A stretch of 64,000 nucleotides of DNA from Eledone cirrhosa (lineage: Eukaryota): positions 19,282,001 to 19,346,000 of the forward strand of contig OZ024762.1 of NCBI GenBank assembly GCA_964016885.1, written 5' to 3'. The position numbers and the translations under genes are program-made. The notes below the pieces were generated by a model that worked only from the letters and a program-made list of their open reading frames with translations, searched no databases and had not been told where the DNA came from. Shown here piece after piece: positions 25,853-38,640 of the stretch (position 1 is its first letter; each line of letters begins with the position of its first letter).

Positions 25853-26068
25853 AGGCGCGTGGCTGAGTGATTAGACAACTGGATTCGCAATCGTGAGGTT
25901 GTGAGTTCGATTCCTGGACCAGGCGATGCGTTATGTCCTTGAGCAAGACACTTTATTTCCCGTTGCTCCTTCTGTCTGGATTTACAACCGATAGAGAGTA
26001 TTAGCAATTGGAAAGACCAACGGAAACATTGTTTCCTCGGTCCGATTTAACGAAAGTCGATCGACTGT
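25853..26068 (+). mobile_element. CORE-type SINE, subfamily with distinct 3' tail
   Basis: tggctgagtgattaga, gagttcgattcc, tccttgagcaagacacttta, tail attggaaagaccaacggaaac. Copies at 36750-36900 (+) and 41783-41990 (-). Confidence 0.85.
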
Positions 26069-26298
26069 CGATATATGTATATATATATTTATTTATACAA
26101 ATACATATATACATATATACTTCGCTTTTTAATTTGTTTTGCAAGATTTCTTATCTGAACATCTTTTGTGGACATTCGCAGTTATCTCCCTTATACCTTT
26201 CGCCCGGGGTTTTGTATCGCTTGGGTGAAGTGACCGTTTCTGCGCATGCGCATTCATTCATACGGTTGTTCTTCCTGTTCTGTATAACCATTACCAGT

Positions 26299-26339
26299 CC
26301 GAGCTGAAGATTCGCATAAGGTGAAACAATTGTTCTCGG
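26299..26339 (+). ncRNA. Type-I hammerhead (H2)
   Basis: ccgag-CTGAAGA-ttcgcataaggt-GAAA-caattg-TT-ctcgg, with a weak stem II. Lies inside the insert at ~26120-26410. Confidence 0.75.
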
Positions 26340-26714
26340 TATGTTGAACTAACTGTTGTGTTACTACTTCTATCACTACGATTATTACCTTCCAGTGTTC
26401 TACCACTATATACTATATATATATATATATAAATATAAATACACACATATATATTTATGTACACATATATATATGTGTGTGTGTAAAATACAGTAAAGAG
26501 AGAAACACACACACACGTTCTTCTCTCTTTACTGTGTTATAAAGAGCTAGAATTTTCTTCCTCGAGCTTATTCCATTATAAGGGAAATTGTGAGATTTCA
26601 ATTCGACATTTTAATTTGTTGATATCACCTTTAAGGTACACCCAAGGCTTGGGCCCCGTGCTATCCATGCTACCCACCCACAACGAAAATCAAACTCGTA
26701 TCTCATAACAATAA

Positions 26715-27074
26715 TTGTTTCTACTTTTGGCACAAGGCCAGCAATTATCCAATGTATTACTGGTACTTTATTCCATCGACCCCGTAATGGATGAAAGGCA
26801 AAGTTAACCTCGGCGGGATTTGAACTCAGATCATACAGGGAGGTATCTCATAACAATAATACGGCACAATTATTTCACCTCAATAAGGGCGGCGGATTGG
26901 CAGTATCGGTAGAGGGTCGGACGCCATGCTTTCCAGCATAGTTACGTCCCTTTATGATCTGAGTTCAAATCCCGCCGAGGTTAACTTTGCCTTTCATCCT
27001 TACGGGGTCGGTAAAATAAAGTACCAGTAATGCACTGGGATAATTGCTGGCCTTGTGCCTAAAGTAGAAACAAT
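26715..27074. mobile_element. Head-to-head pair of SINE A copies (26715-26832 minus, 26887-27074 plus)
   Basis: Opposite orientations, ~55 bp apart. Confidence 0.88.
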
Positions 27075-27279
27075 TATTTCACCTCAATTGGTCCCACTCT
27101 CTTTAACATTACACAAAACCACATTAAACATAAACAGACCCCATAAAATCCAAAATTTCTTTGGACTAATTCCTTCAACAAAACCCGGATATGTCTCCGT
27201 AAACAATAACTCTCTAGTTGGGTGGGCCATGGTCTCCAAATCCTGAGCTAGGTGGCACATATATGTGTATATATGTGTG

Positions 27280-27370
27280 TCCCGGGTTCAATCGGGGGTA
27301 ACCACAGTAAGCTTTCCTGGTGATTGCCATCGAATGAAACAATTCTGGTCCTGTATGAGCCATTTCTATG
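27280..27370. mobile_element. H3 insert: inverted tail plus degenerate hammerhead
   Basis: cccgggttcaatcgggggtaaccacagtaag is the reverse complement of ~39998-40030. It is followed by CTGGTGA..gaat GAAA caattctggtcctg TA. Confidence 0.7.
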
Positions 27371-27390
27371 TCAAATTTGTTATATGTTTG

Positions 27391-27423
<33 letters not shown>

Positions 27424-27543
27424 TTCTTCAATGTACTGTGACGTTTGCTTTGTTATTTCTGTTTACCGTTACATACAAGCACATACACACACAGACTCAC
27501 TCACACAAGTACACACACTCGCGCGCACATATATATATATATA

Positions 27544-27574
<31 letters not shown>

Positions 27575-28739
27575 GTCTATGAATGTGTGTATATATATAT
27601 ATGTATGTAAGTATGTGTATATATATATATATGTGTGTGTGTATGTATGTATGTATATATATATATGTGTGTGTGTATGTATGTATATATATATATATAT
27701 ATATGTGTGTGTATGTGTTTATGTATGTATATATATATATATATGTGTGTGTGTGTATATGTATGTGTTTATGTGTATATATATATATATACATATATAA
27801 ATGCATTTTTTCCGACATTTCTGTTTTTTGTTTTATACGGAAGCCATTTTTCAAGACGGAAGTTTAAAAACACAAAAGATTTAAACAACAACAACAACCA
27901 CAACAATAACATCAATAAAAAACAAAAAATAAAATAAAACAGTAAGGGGGGGGGGATTATTTATTTTAATTTAATTTTAGGAGTTATGGAAGAAATATTT
28001 CATTGTTATTGTAATTAATAAAATATAGAAAAAAATGAGGAAAATAATGTACAGGTTGTGGTGGTGGTGGTAGTTGTGGTTGGTGGTGGTAGAGGTTGTG
28101 GTGGGGGGTTGTGGTGTTGGTGGTAGTGGTGGTGGTAGTTGCGGTTGTGGGGGCAATGATGGTGGTGGTAGTAGTGGTGGTAGTTGTGGTGGTAGTTGTG
28201 GGGGTTGTTAGTGGTGGTGGCAGTAGTAGTGGTGGTGTTGTGGTAGTGTTGGTAGTAGTTGTGGTTGTGTTAATGGTAGTGGTGGTAGTAGTTGTGGTAG
28301 TGTTGGTAGTAGTTATGGTTGTGTTAATGGTGGTGGTGGTAGTAGTAGTGGTTATGGTCGTCGTGGTAGTAGTATTATTGGCAGTATTAGTGGGGGGTAG
28401 TGGTAGTAGTAGTGGTGGTGGTAGTAATAGTGGTGGTTGTAGAGTGATGGTGGTAGTGGTGGCTGTGGTACTAGTGGTAGTAGCAACAACCACAACAACA
28501 ACTCTCGGAATTAATTTTCTTTGGTAAATTTGAAGAACCAAATGTTCTGGAACTGTGTATGTGCCTGCGTCTCTGTGTCTGTGTGTGAGTGTGTATGTGT
28601 ATCTATGTGTGTGTCTGTGTGTCTATGTGTATGTGACTTGGTGTGTGTATGTGACTTGGTGTATGTATGTGTGTGTGTGTGTGCATTGGTGTATGTATGT
28701 GTGTACTTGTGCATTTGTTTGTGTGTATATGCATGTATT

Positions 28740-28790
<51 letters not shown>

Positions 28791-29393
28791 ATTGGTGTGT
28801 GGGTACTTGTGCATGTTTGTGTGTATATGCATGTATTTGTATGTATATATGTGTGTGTATATATATATGTATTTGTGTGTATATATATATATGTGTGTGT
28901 GTATATATATGTGTGTGTGTTTGTGTGTTAATCTGCTTCAGTTGACGGCCATTTGTCAAGGCTGGTTGAGCAAGTTAAGCACTACGCATGCGCGATATGA
29001 GAGGGCAACATGATAGAAAACAATCTATTAGATTTCAAGTGAGATATGGTCTTTTCCCCTCATTAGCCATTCTATGTTATTGTTAGTGCCAACCATACTA
29101 TGTATGTATGTGTGTGTACTTGTATTAGCCTTTTCCTTTTTAGCATATATATATATATGTGTTTGTGCAATATTTGTATATATGCTTGTGTGTGTGTATA
29201 TGTATGCATGTGTATGTATATATATATATATATATAGTAGCCCATTCTGTTATATATATATAAACATGACTGGTTGACTTACTACGTAACATTGTAAAAT
29301 TTGAAAATATATTCGTCACACTACAAATCTAACCAAAGTTGATAACTTGAAAACAAGGAATTTTTATTCAACATATTTCAATTTTATTATATA

Positions 29394-29655
29394 ATTGTTT
29401 CTACTGTTTGGCACAAGGCCAGAAATTACTCAGTACATTACTGGTACTTTATTTTATCGACCCCCGTAAGGATGAAAGACAAAGTTAACCTCGGCGGGAT
29501 TTGAACTCAGAATATTATATAATGTTTGCAATAATGGTTTCTGATATAGTCACGAGGCCAGCAATTTGGGGGAATGGGAAAAGTTGATTAAATCGACCCC
29601 AGTGCGTTACTGGTACTTTATTTTATCGATCCCGTAAGGATGTAAAGCAAAGCGT
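29394..29655 (-). mobile_element. Two partial SINE A copies
   Basis: Family A 3' halves at 29394-29510 and 29535-29655. Confidence 0.8.
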
Positions 29656-29725
29656 GATTGTTTAAGAGGAAAGAAAAAGAAAGATAAACTAAAAGGTGGA
29701 GGTAAGGGAGAGGCAGAGTATAGAT

Positions 29726-30015
29726 CAGTCATGGGTAACCTGCAGCCAGCGAAGCTTTCTGAATGGCTCGCCTAAGTCACCTAAGTGAAATCTTGCTGCT
29801 ATTTTTACCCCAACTTTTCGGTCGTAATTTATCTTTCTATAATATTTACGATCGAGGAAAACAACGTGTACGAATTCTGAAGAAACAAATCAAAACAACC
29901 TGAGTTACCGCCCTTTTGTTAATGTGGGCACGAATGTAAATTAGCGCTTGCAGCCTGCCTGATGATGAGCCATATCTCATGCGACCCACTTCTCGAAAAA
30001 GGTTGCGCATGCATG
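29726..30015. mobile_element. hAT-like MITE
   Basis: Termini cagtcatgggtaacct / aggttgcgcatgcatg, with partially similar 8-bp flanks gtatagat / ctctacat. Confidence 0.5.
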
Positions 30016-30024
30016 CTCTACATC

Positions 30025-31215
30025 TTACACCCAGTCTCGTTGGTATATCTCAACTGAGCTCGCGACAAAAATGGAGATGGCATTGCAGTAGAGATCAACC
30101 AGCCAATGGCATTGCAGTAGAGACCAACCAGCCAATGGCATTGCAGTAGAGACCAACCAGCCAATGGCATTGCAGTAGAGACCAACCAGCCAATGGCATT
30201 GCAGTAGAGACCAACCAGCCAGTGGCATTGCAGTAAAGACCAACCAGCCAGTGGCATTGCAGTAGAGACCAACCAGCCAGTGGCATTGCAGTAGAGACCA
30301 ACCAGCCAATGGCATTGCAGTAGAGACCAACCAGCCAATGGCATTGCAGTAGAGACCAACCAGCCAGTGGCATTGCAGTAGAGACCAACCAGCCAATGGC
30401 ATTGCAGTAGAGACCAACCAGCCAGTGGCATTGCAGTAGAGACCAACCAGCCAGTGGCATTGCAGTAGAGACCAACCAGCCAATGGCATTGCAGTAGAGA
30501 CCAACCAGCCAGTGGCATTGCAGTAGAGACCAACCAGCCAATGGCATTGCAGTAGAGACCAACCAGCCAATGGCATTGCAGTAGAGACCAACCAGCCAAT
30601 GGCATTGCAGTAGAGATCAACCAGCCAATGGCATTGCAGTAGAGACCAACCAGCCAGTGGCATTGCAGTAGAGACCAACCAGCCAGTGGCATTGCAGTAG
30701 AGACCAACCAGCCAGTGGCATTGCAGTAGAGACCAACCAGCCAATGGCATTGCAGTAGAGACCAACCAGCCAATGGCATTGCAGTAGAGACCAACCAGCC
30801 AATGGCATTGCAGTAGAGACCAACCAGCCAGTGGCATTGCAGTAGAGACCAACCAGCCAGTGGCATTGCAGTAGAGACCAACCAGCCAATGGCATTGCAG
30901 TAGAGACCAACCAGCCAATCTCATTGCAGTAGAGACCAACCAGCCAGTGGCATTGCAGTAGAGACCAACCAGCCAATGGCATTCAACCCGTTGCAACAGC
31001 CATTTCTACTCAGGGGCTCCTTCCTCTGGCTAGATGCTCTCCTTCGAGTTTTGTGGGGGAAAACGGCCGTTCAAGGATCGAGGACAGCAGAGGTCTCGGC
31101 GGTGACCGTCACGGAAAGGAAGGGATCAGTCAATTTCCTGTATTTGGCTATCTTCATCTCTTCCGCCTTAAGGGCATAGAGCTCGGGTTAGCGGCCGACG
31201 AGTCTGAAGGCTGAC
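30025..31215 (-). mobile_element. CRE-like (restriction-like endonuclease) non-LTR retrotransposon 3' fragment interrupted by a tandem array
   Basis: Minus strand AEEMKIAKYRKLTDPFLSVTVTAETSAVLDP..KWLLQRV [array] CNAISIF fits the recalled AE..K..KY..L...F.P.A.ET.G / LLQRLS.A...GNA pattern. A homolog lies at 52960-53180. Confidence 0.7.
30079..30983. repeat. 29-bp tandem array (~31 copies)
   Basis: Unit ggcattgcagtagagaccaaccagcca(a/g)t, highly homogeneous, with no spacers. Confidence 0.97.
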
Positions 31216-32106
31216 AACGTGACATCCAAGATTGGAGACTTACATCCCTAAAAAATTACTCTGGAGGGCGAGTAAAGTTTTTCGTCAAATAGAAATTATA
31301 GTGATCGACTATTATTATGGTCATTTGCGTTTGGCCGTACACATTTCATACATACATATATTGGATCGTCAAGTATGAAATTTGTTTTTTTTCTACAAAT
31401 TTCTACAAATTTCTGCAAATTTCATACTTGACGACCCAATATATATATATATATATAGTATATGCCGGCGTACAAGGTGATCCGGCGCATAGGTCGACCC
31501 CTAAAACTCTGAGGTGTAATTCAGGTCTAGGCCTATATTCACCGGATAAAACGACCCCCCCCCCCCAACAATTAAGGCAATACCATCTCCCCCTAGATGT
31601 GCTTGCTTTTCTTTATTTGCACAAAATATAAAACATGGAAATAAACAGTAAAAAGTTGTAAAATAAAAATGCATGTGAAGAAAATACAATTTGTATAACG
31701 TATTTTAAAGATAAGAAAATGATTTAACTGAACTGTTTTATTAGAAAACATGCTACCACATTAGTAATTCATATGTGGTAATTTTAAAACCCTAAAAATT
31801 CTTTATCTTCATATGACATAAACATTAATGTTTCGTCCGTCATTGTATCATCAAATAGATCATCTTCCAAACTGGATAAAGTTGCAATGTCCTCGTTAAA
31901 TTCCCCAGCAACGCCATCATCATCATCAATAGGCTTACATGGCGATACATTGTTACTTTCGGCCAGTTTTGTTTCGTGGTGAAATTACCGTAGTTTTTTT
32001 TACGGACACAACGCATCACTCGGTCCGAGAATTGAACTCACAATCTTTCAATTTCAAGCCCAATGCTCTAGCTACTAAAGCATGCGCCTTCGCCTCCTAT
32101 AACATA

Positions 32107-32479
32107 CCGTATTTCCCGGCGCCGAAGACGCACCCTAATTTTGACAATCAAAAATTAGAAAAATACAATTGTATCTACTTTTGGCACACGGCCAGCAATT
32201 ATTCCATTGTATTACTGGTACTTTATTTTATCGACCCCCGTAAGGATGAAAGGCAAAGTTAACCTCGGCGGGATTTGAACTCAGACCATAAAGGGCCGTA
32301 ACTCTTCGCTGTAAAGCATGGCGTCAGACTCTCTACCGCCAATCCACCGCCTGGATTATTAGAAAAATATAAGAATTAGAAAAATATAATAAACAACCTT
32401 CGGCCTCCAGGACGCGTGGTAGATTTTTTAAGACTTATTTTAGGGGAAAAAGTAGCGTCTTCGACGCCGAGAAATACGG
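32107..32479. mobile_element. Tc1/mariner (Tigger/pogo-like) MITE with a nested SINE A (~32170-32352, minus)
   Basis: TIRs ccgtatttcccggcgccgaagacgc / gcgtcttcgacgccgagaaatacgg, each flanked by TA. Confidence 0.85.
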
Positions 32480-33083
32480 TATAGTTTCTGTATAACGAAA
32501 CTATTGACGGGCTTCTGCAGTTTCCGTCGACGAAATTCCAATCACAAGGCACCATTGGTCAACTCTCAAGTTTATCATATAAAACAATCATTGGCTAATA
32601 TGCCGAGCAGTTGGGATCAAAGCCAGAAACCATATGACTGCGAAAGCAAATCTCTTGATCACACAACAACCCCTACTTGCGTTCATATGCAGTTTTAGAA
32701 GTTTAATTAAGCCACTAATAATATGTTTACGAAAGTTAAGGACGTCACGCAAATTTACCTGTTTCCTATAAAGCATGGCTTTACATCTAAGTAAATATAC
32801 CGAATCTTCTTCCGTGTAATTACATATAACACAGTCTGTCGTTCGGATTTATTTCTCCTTTGTATACATTTCATCTCATTCATGCCTGCGTTATCTATGG
32901 ATATCACGCTGAGTAATTTCCTTCGCCGTCGATATCAAAGACACGTGCTTATGTAAGACGCTATTATCAATACGATCATCATCGCATTTGTGCATCTTCC
33001 AATACACACACGGCTTAGTATGCATACAAATGTATACATGTGTCTGTGTGTATATGGATTTTAGTCTTCAAATTTATTATTAT

Positions 33084-33189
<106 letters not shown>

Positions 33190-33194
33190 GAAAG

Positions 33195-33520
33195 CGAATG
33201 GGTGGCTTACTGGTTAGAGCATCTGGCTTACATTATTGAGGTTGTGAGTTCGATTCTCGGACCAGGATTTGTGTTGTGTTCTTGAGCAAGACACTTTATT
33301 CCACGTTGCTCCAGTTTACTCAGCTGTAGACGTCCCTGGTGCCAAGCTGTATTGACTATTGCCTTTCCCTCGGTGGCGAGTAGAGGGGGGACTGATATGT
33401 ATGGAAGACTACTGGTCTTCCACAAACAAACCTTGCTTCGGACTTGTGCCTCGAAGGGAACATTTCTAGGTGCAATTTCCAGGGTCATTCATGACCGATG
33501 CAGTCCTTCAAGACGTTATA
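33195..33520 (+). mobile_element. CORE-type SINE (group B)
   Basis: tggcttactggttagagc, gagttcgattc, ttcttgagcaagacacttta; a third tail type. Confidence 0.8.
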
Positions 33521-33664
33521 CGAGTATGACAGTCTGTCTTCTGTATTTGGTGTGGTTGGTGTGGTCCACCAAACTGTCCAATAAACTGTTGAGTGCTACT
33601 TATCCGATATTTGCATTGCTTTATTGTGCTACAATAAAACTCACCGCCTACGCACGCTCGCTCG

Positions 33665-33707
<43 letters not shown>

Positions 33708-33744
33708 ACAGACACACAGACAGACAGACACGTATATATATATT

Positions 33745-33910
33745 TATTTATTAAAATAACAGATTAAAGTTTAAGCAAAGAATCGCTGCTTTTACCCTTA
33801 ACCGGATCTTCTGAAACTCTGTTTGTTCTACGGTTCTTATATATTTGATATATATTTATCCTTATCGAGCCCTCTTTGGATTTTAGTCTTCACATTTATT
33901 GTTATTACTA
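33745..33910. mobile_element. Insert family H5 (hammerhead-like, CAGAAGA core)
   Basis: Shares both arms with 43447-43628. Confidence 0.7.
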
Positions 33911-34025
33911 TATATGTATGTATATATATATATAATGAAAAATTGAACAGGAATAAAACAGAGAGGCAGTACAACGAATGTTTATTCATTTCACGCTCTT
34001 GAGAGTGGTGTGGTGGTATATATAT

Positions 34026-34212
34026 AACGAAGGAAATGTGGTAAGGAACCAGGTGGACCATAACGCACCAAAGTACTCAATACTTAGGGTAGTAGAGTGG
34101 GTAATAGGAACGAGTAGGACCCCGACGGCTGAGCTCAAGCCGTTTCGACGGCTAATTCTGGACTTAGCCGTCGAAACGGCTTGAGCTCAGCCGTCGGCGT
34201 CCTACTCGTTCC
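34026..34212. mobile_element. P1 inverted-arm insert
   Basis: Tail plus arm, then an inverted short arm ending gttcc|tata. Confidence 0.87.
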
Positions 34213-34245
<33 letters not shown>

Positions 34246-34344
34246 GTATATGTATATAATTGGTGTGGGATGCTTAAAGCGTCCGTAAGCGGTAGGCCGT
34301 TTTAGCACTCGATTCTCCATTTCCACTGATTCTCCGTTTCTTAT

Positions 34345-34382
<38 letters not shown>

Positions 34383-34383
34383 T

Positions 34384-34440
<57 letters not shown>

Positions 34441-34484
34441 TATATATGCATATATATATATATATATATATATATGCATATATA

Positions 34485-34518
<34 letters not shown>

Positions 34519-34519
34519 T

Positions 34520-34558
<39 letters not shown>

Positions 34559-34559
34559 T

Positions 34560-34598
<39 letters not shown>

Positions 34599-34764
34599 TA
34601 TATACAAGATATATATACAGGATACGTTGTATATATAAACTGCCGACGTGTAAAACTTACCGACGGGATGTTTTGGCCTTGTAAATAATTTGAACAATCC
34701 GATGACAAGAGACGGTCATAAAGTGGATTTATATGGCGGTGTATGACAGAAATGGCTGTGATTA

Positions 34765-35394
34765 GGAGAGGGTGAGGGGAGATGGAGTAGAGATAGAGAG
34801 GGGGGTAGAAAATACAGGAAGAGAGAGGGGAGAGAATAAAATGTAGAGGGAAACGGAAAGACAGAGAGAGGGAGAGAAAGGGGGGAGAGGGTGATAGAGA
34901 TACAGAAAGACAGAGAATGATAAAGAGAGAGTGCGAGAGGAGGGGATAGAGATATTAAAAGTGAGTGCAAGGAAACAGTGAGGAGCGGGAAGAGGGGAGG
35001 AGAGTGAAATGGTGACAGAGAGAGGGGGGGGGGGGAGGATAGAAAAAGAGAATGAAAATGAGAGAAGAAACAAAGAGTACACAGAGAGGAGAGGCGAATT
35101 GGTGAGAGATCGAGAGACGGGGGAGAAAGTGACAAATACAGGTACAGGGAGAGAGAGAAGGAGGAATGGGGAGGGAATGAGAGGGAGAGACAAATACAGA
35201 CAGGTAGGGAGATAGAAGGAAAGACAGGGGGCGGAGATACAGACAGAGAGGAGGAGAGTTGGTGAGAAAAGAGAGGAGAGAGAGGAGGGAAAGAAAACAA
35301 ATACAGACAGGTAGAGAGAAGGTAAGGGAGACACAGAGAGAGAGAAACAGAGAGAAAGAGAGATAGAGACAGAGAAAGATAGAGAGAGAGAAAG

Positions 35395-35432
<38 letters not shown>

Positions 35433-35645
35433 GGATAGGGGAGAGTTGGTGAAAAAAGAGAGAGAGGAAATGAGAGGAGGGAAAGAAAACAAATATAGAC
35501 GGGTAGAGAGAAGGAAAGGGAGACAGAGAGAAAGAGAGATAGACAGAGAAAGAGACAGAGAGAGAGAAAGAGACAGAGAGAGAAAGAGAGAGAGAAATGG
35601 GGGTAGGGGAGAGTTGGGGAAAAAAGAGGGGAGATAGGAAGAAAG
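34765..35645. repeat. Purine-rich (GA) low-complexity tract
   Basis: Direct inspection. Confidence 0.9.
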
Positions 35646-35920
35646 TGATTTACAAGAACCTAACAATAATAGACACGTGATAGCATTTGTTTCTTTGACC
35701 TTGCTCATTGACTGATGTTGATGTGTGTGTGTGTGTGGTGTGTGGTGTGTGTGTGGTGTGTGTGTGTGTGTGTCCATCTGTTGCAATCTGGTGCAAACAA
35801 TAAAGTTATTAATATTTGCCACGTCATAATGTCTACTTCTTTAAAACATGAGAAGTCTGAAACTGTTTAGTACTTAATGAACGACACAGCTTCACTGTAA
35901 TTCATATAGACAGGGAATGT

Positions 35921-36511
35921 ATGTATGCATACGAGAAAGTAAAGCGGGATGTGAGGAAGAGCATTGCTGTTGCACTTCCAGACGGCGAGGGTCCTCCTAT
36001 GGTGCTGACATGCAGCGTCTGTGCGAGACTCTGCCTAAGCAAAGCTGGACTCGAAAGTCATCTTCGCAGTCATAAAGTAAGACCAGTGGTTGACTACCAG
36101 GCTGCTGTTGGAGATCCTACTCATCATGCTTGCCAAGCATGTGGTAGAGAATGTAAATCAGCAGGAGGGCTCAAACGACATGCAAAAGTACATGAACTCC
36201 AACCACAGCCGGCTATTCCCAGTGAATGTTTTGGTTGCCGACTCTGTGCAAGACATTTTAGATCATTGGCTGGGCTTAGCCACATTCGATCGCAGCTCTG
36301 TTAATAGCTATCGTGTGTGTGTGTGTATAGATATGTTTGTGTGTGTATATATATATATATGTATATTATTATTATTGTTGTTGTTATTGTTGTTGTTGTC
36401 GTTATTATTATTGTTGTTGTCGTTATTATTATTATTGTTGTTATTATTATTATTGTTATTAATTTTTTTTTTCTCGTGCAATGGCCATACTCGATAACGA
36501 GGGGGCAGCCA
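35921..36511 (+). pseudogene. RTE-type LINE C-terminus with three C2H2 fingers and 3' end
   Basis: CSVCARLCLSKAGLESHLRSH, CQACGRECKSAGGLKRHAKVH and CRLCARHFRSLAGLSHIRS, with no TGEKP linkers. After a microsatellite comes an RTE-like terminus atggccatactcgataacgagggggcagccatc. Confidence 0.65.
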
Positions 36512-36999
36512 TCTTGTATGCATGTATGTATGTATGTATGCATTCGAAAGTGTGTAAATATGTATATACACATGTACCGCGCGGTTAAACCACTGGGAGT
36601 AAACGACCCCCTAGCCTTTGTCAGGGCATTCTTCTAGGAGAAGGTAACTCAGGAACCTGGGATAACTCCGCTATAAAACCTGCGGCTTAGTAGTTACCGA
36701 TGATGTTGATCTTTTCTTCTTTTCGGGTTATAGCTACTGTTGCTCAGAGAGTGGATTCACAATCGTGAGGTTGTCAGTTCGATTCCCAGATCGGGTGATG
36801 CTTATGTCCTTGAGCAAAACACTTTATTTCACGTTTCTCCTTCTACCTGGAGTTGCGACAGATAGATAGTATTAGAAATTGGAAAGTCCAAAGGAAACTC
36901 ACAACCTCACGAGTGCTAATCCAATTTTCTAACCACCCAGCCACGCACCGTAAATCTGTATATTTTAGCATTTATCTAAATGACGGTTTTATATACTTT

Positions 37000-37160
37000 C
37001 ATGCCCTGGGTATGACATTAAACTGCATCTAGTGGCAAGGCTCCAGGAGGTTCAGGAACTGTGGGGAATGTGGAGTTACCCCTTAGTTGTTTTCACTCCC
37101 AGGTCTTCTCTGGTCCGGAGTAGTAGTACCTGTTAGGGCCCCGTTTATGGGTTTAATAAT
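37000..37160 (+). mobile_element. Fragment of another SINE family (central domain)
   Basis: gggtatgacattaaactgcatc..ggggaatgtggagttacccc..ctcccaggtc..ccggagtagtagtacctgttaggg. Recognised from memory only; single copy here. Confidence 0.5.
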
Positions 37161-37249
37161 TACCTTATTCGAGAGACGCCGGTAAGGTATTATCAGCCAT
37201 TGAAAAGAACCATGGAGAGTGTTTATTTCGGGAATTTTACCCGCCCTAG

Positions 37250-37562
37250 ATAGATATGTTTCTTTTATTTGCCACTAGGGCATCAAAAGTGGGACAAGTA
37301 CAAAGGGGGGAGTTTACACAAAAAGGCGTCCTCAATAAGGAGGAGGCAATAACAAAATATAAAAATAAAATAAGATATAACAAACAATAAAATTTATAAC
37401 AAAATCCTCAATAGAGAGGAGGCGCCTTGGGGGGTCGCACACACCCCCGAAAAAAGTGTGCAACCCTTCTCCTCAGGAGCACAGAGAAGGGGTGCTCCCT
37501 TGGTCTTTCATCTTCCTCACCTATAGTCTGATGTAGAGTGAAGGCCCATTCACACGGGCCAT
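37250..37562 (-). mobile_element. Probable LINE 3' end ending in aataaa(a)gaaa
   Basis: Homologous in reverse orientation to ~51960-52230. Confidence 0.55.
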
Positions 37563-37679
37563 TAGATAGATAGATCGATAGATAGATAGATACTTTTATT
37601 GTAATTTTAATATTTTTGTCAGACCGACGTAAAGTTGAGTCAACTGACATAACACAGGGTTTATTTTTGTCATTTAATA

Positions 37680-37893
37680 GTTTCTGATTAAGGCACAAGG
37701 CCAACAATTTGAGGAGAAGGGGAACGTTTATTAAATCAACCCCAGTGCATTACTGGTGCTTTAATTTATCGACACCCGAAGGACGAAAAGCAATGCTAAC
37801 CTCGGTGGGATTTGAACTCAGACCGTAAAGGGCCGTGACTCTATGCTGCAAAGCATGCTATCCGACGATCTACCAATATTGCTAATCCACCGC
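37680..37893 (-). mobile_element. SINE family A (long-tail form)
   Basis: Family A sequence in reverse. Confidence 0.85.
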
Positions 37894-37979
37894 TCTAATT
37901 TTTGTCATATAATATTAAGAAAAACCGCAGTAACTTCGAAAATGACGAAACTCGAAACGACATAAGTCGAGTTACTCGT

Positions 37980-38026
<47 letters not shown>

Positions 38027-38111
38027 AAAAATTGAACGAGAACAAAACAGAGAGGCAGTACGAACAAAGGTTTATTAGTTTCACGCTCTTGAGAGTGGGG
38101 TGGTGGTGGGG

Positions 38112-38146
38112 AACGACGTTTCGGGCATAAGCCCTTCTTCAGGTGA
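38112..38146 (-). ncRNA. Minimal hammerhead motif
   Basis: Minus strand cac-CTGAAGA-agggc ttat gccc-GAAA-cg-TC. Part of insert 38023-38180; a related tail lies at 33935-34015. Confidence 0.7.
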
Positions 38147-38379
38147 AAAGTGTGTGGGAAGAGAGTTCCAAGGGTGTGTATATATATATATACAACTTCT
38201 ACTTATATATATATATATATATATAAGTAGAAGCTGTATTTAATTTGTTGGAAGTCCGACAAACATAAATGTTTATAACTGATTTAGAGCACTCAACAGT
38301 GTACTGGAGTAAATATTCAATGATATTAAATGAATGGAAACTATATTTATAAAACCATATTTATTTTATTATATATATA

Positions 38380-38640
38380 TCATCATGCACAAAACACCAG
38401 CATCAACAGCCTTCCAGGAGATGGCAACATTAATGGACCTGTTATTTTTCTCTAAAAACATTTTTTTCCAATTCCACCCCGCCCGTCCCTTCAATCTTTC
38501 TAATTTCTCATTCTTTCTTCTGGTGAAGGACTAGCGTCCGAAACATTAAGACCCTCTTCCTGCTATTTCAAGCGTTAACCTAATATATTCCTCCCATATA
38601 CTTTACCGATTGTGTTGTTATTTCTGTTTACCTTTTAAAT
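38380..38640 (+). mobile_element. Penelope-like 3' fragment (H6)
   Basis: CTGGTGA-aggac tagc gtcc-GAAA at 38520-38543; homologous to the 11.5-kb and 50.1-kb copies. Confidence 0.65.

Noticed and set aside
30079-30983. CRISPR-like 29-bp repeat
   Set aside because: The units are contiguous with no unique spacers, there are no cas genes, and the context is eukaryotic.
35921-36304. Host C2H2 zinc-finger gene
   Set aside because: There are no TGEKP linkers; the finger signature and downstream terminus fit an RTE LINE.
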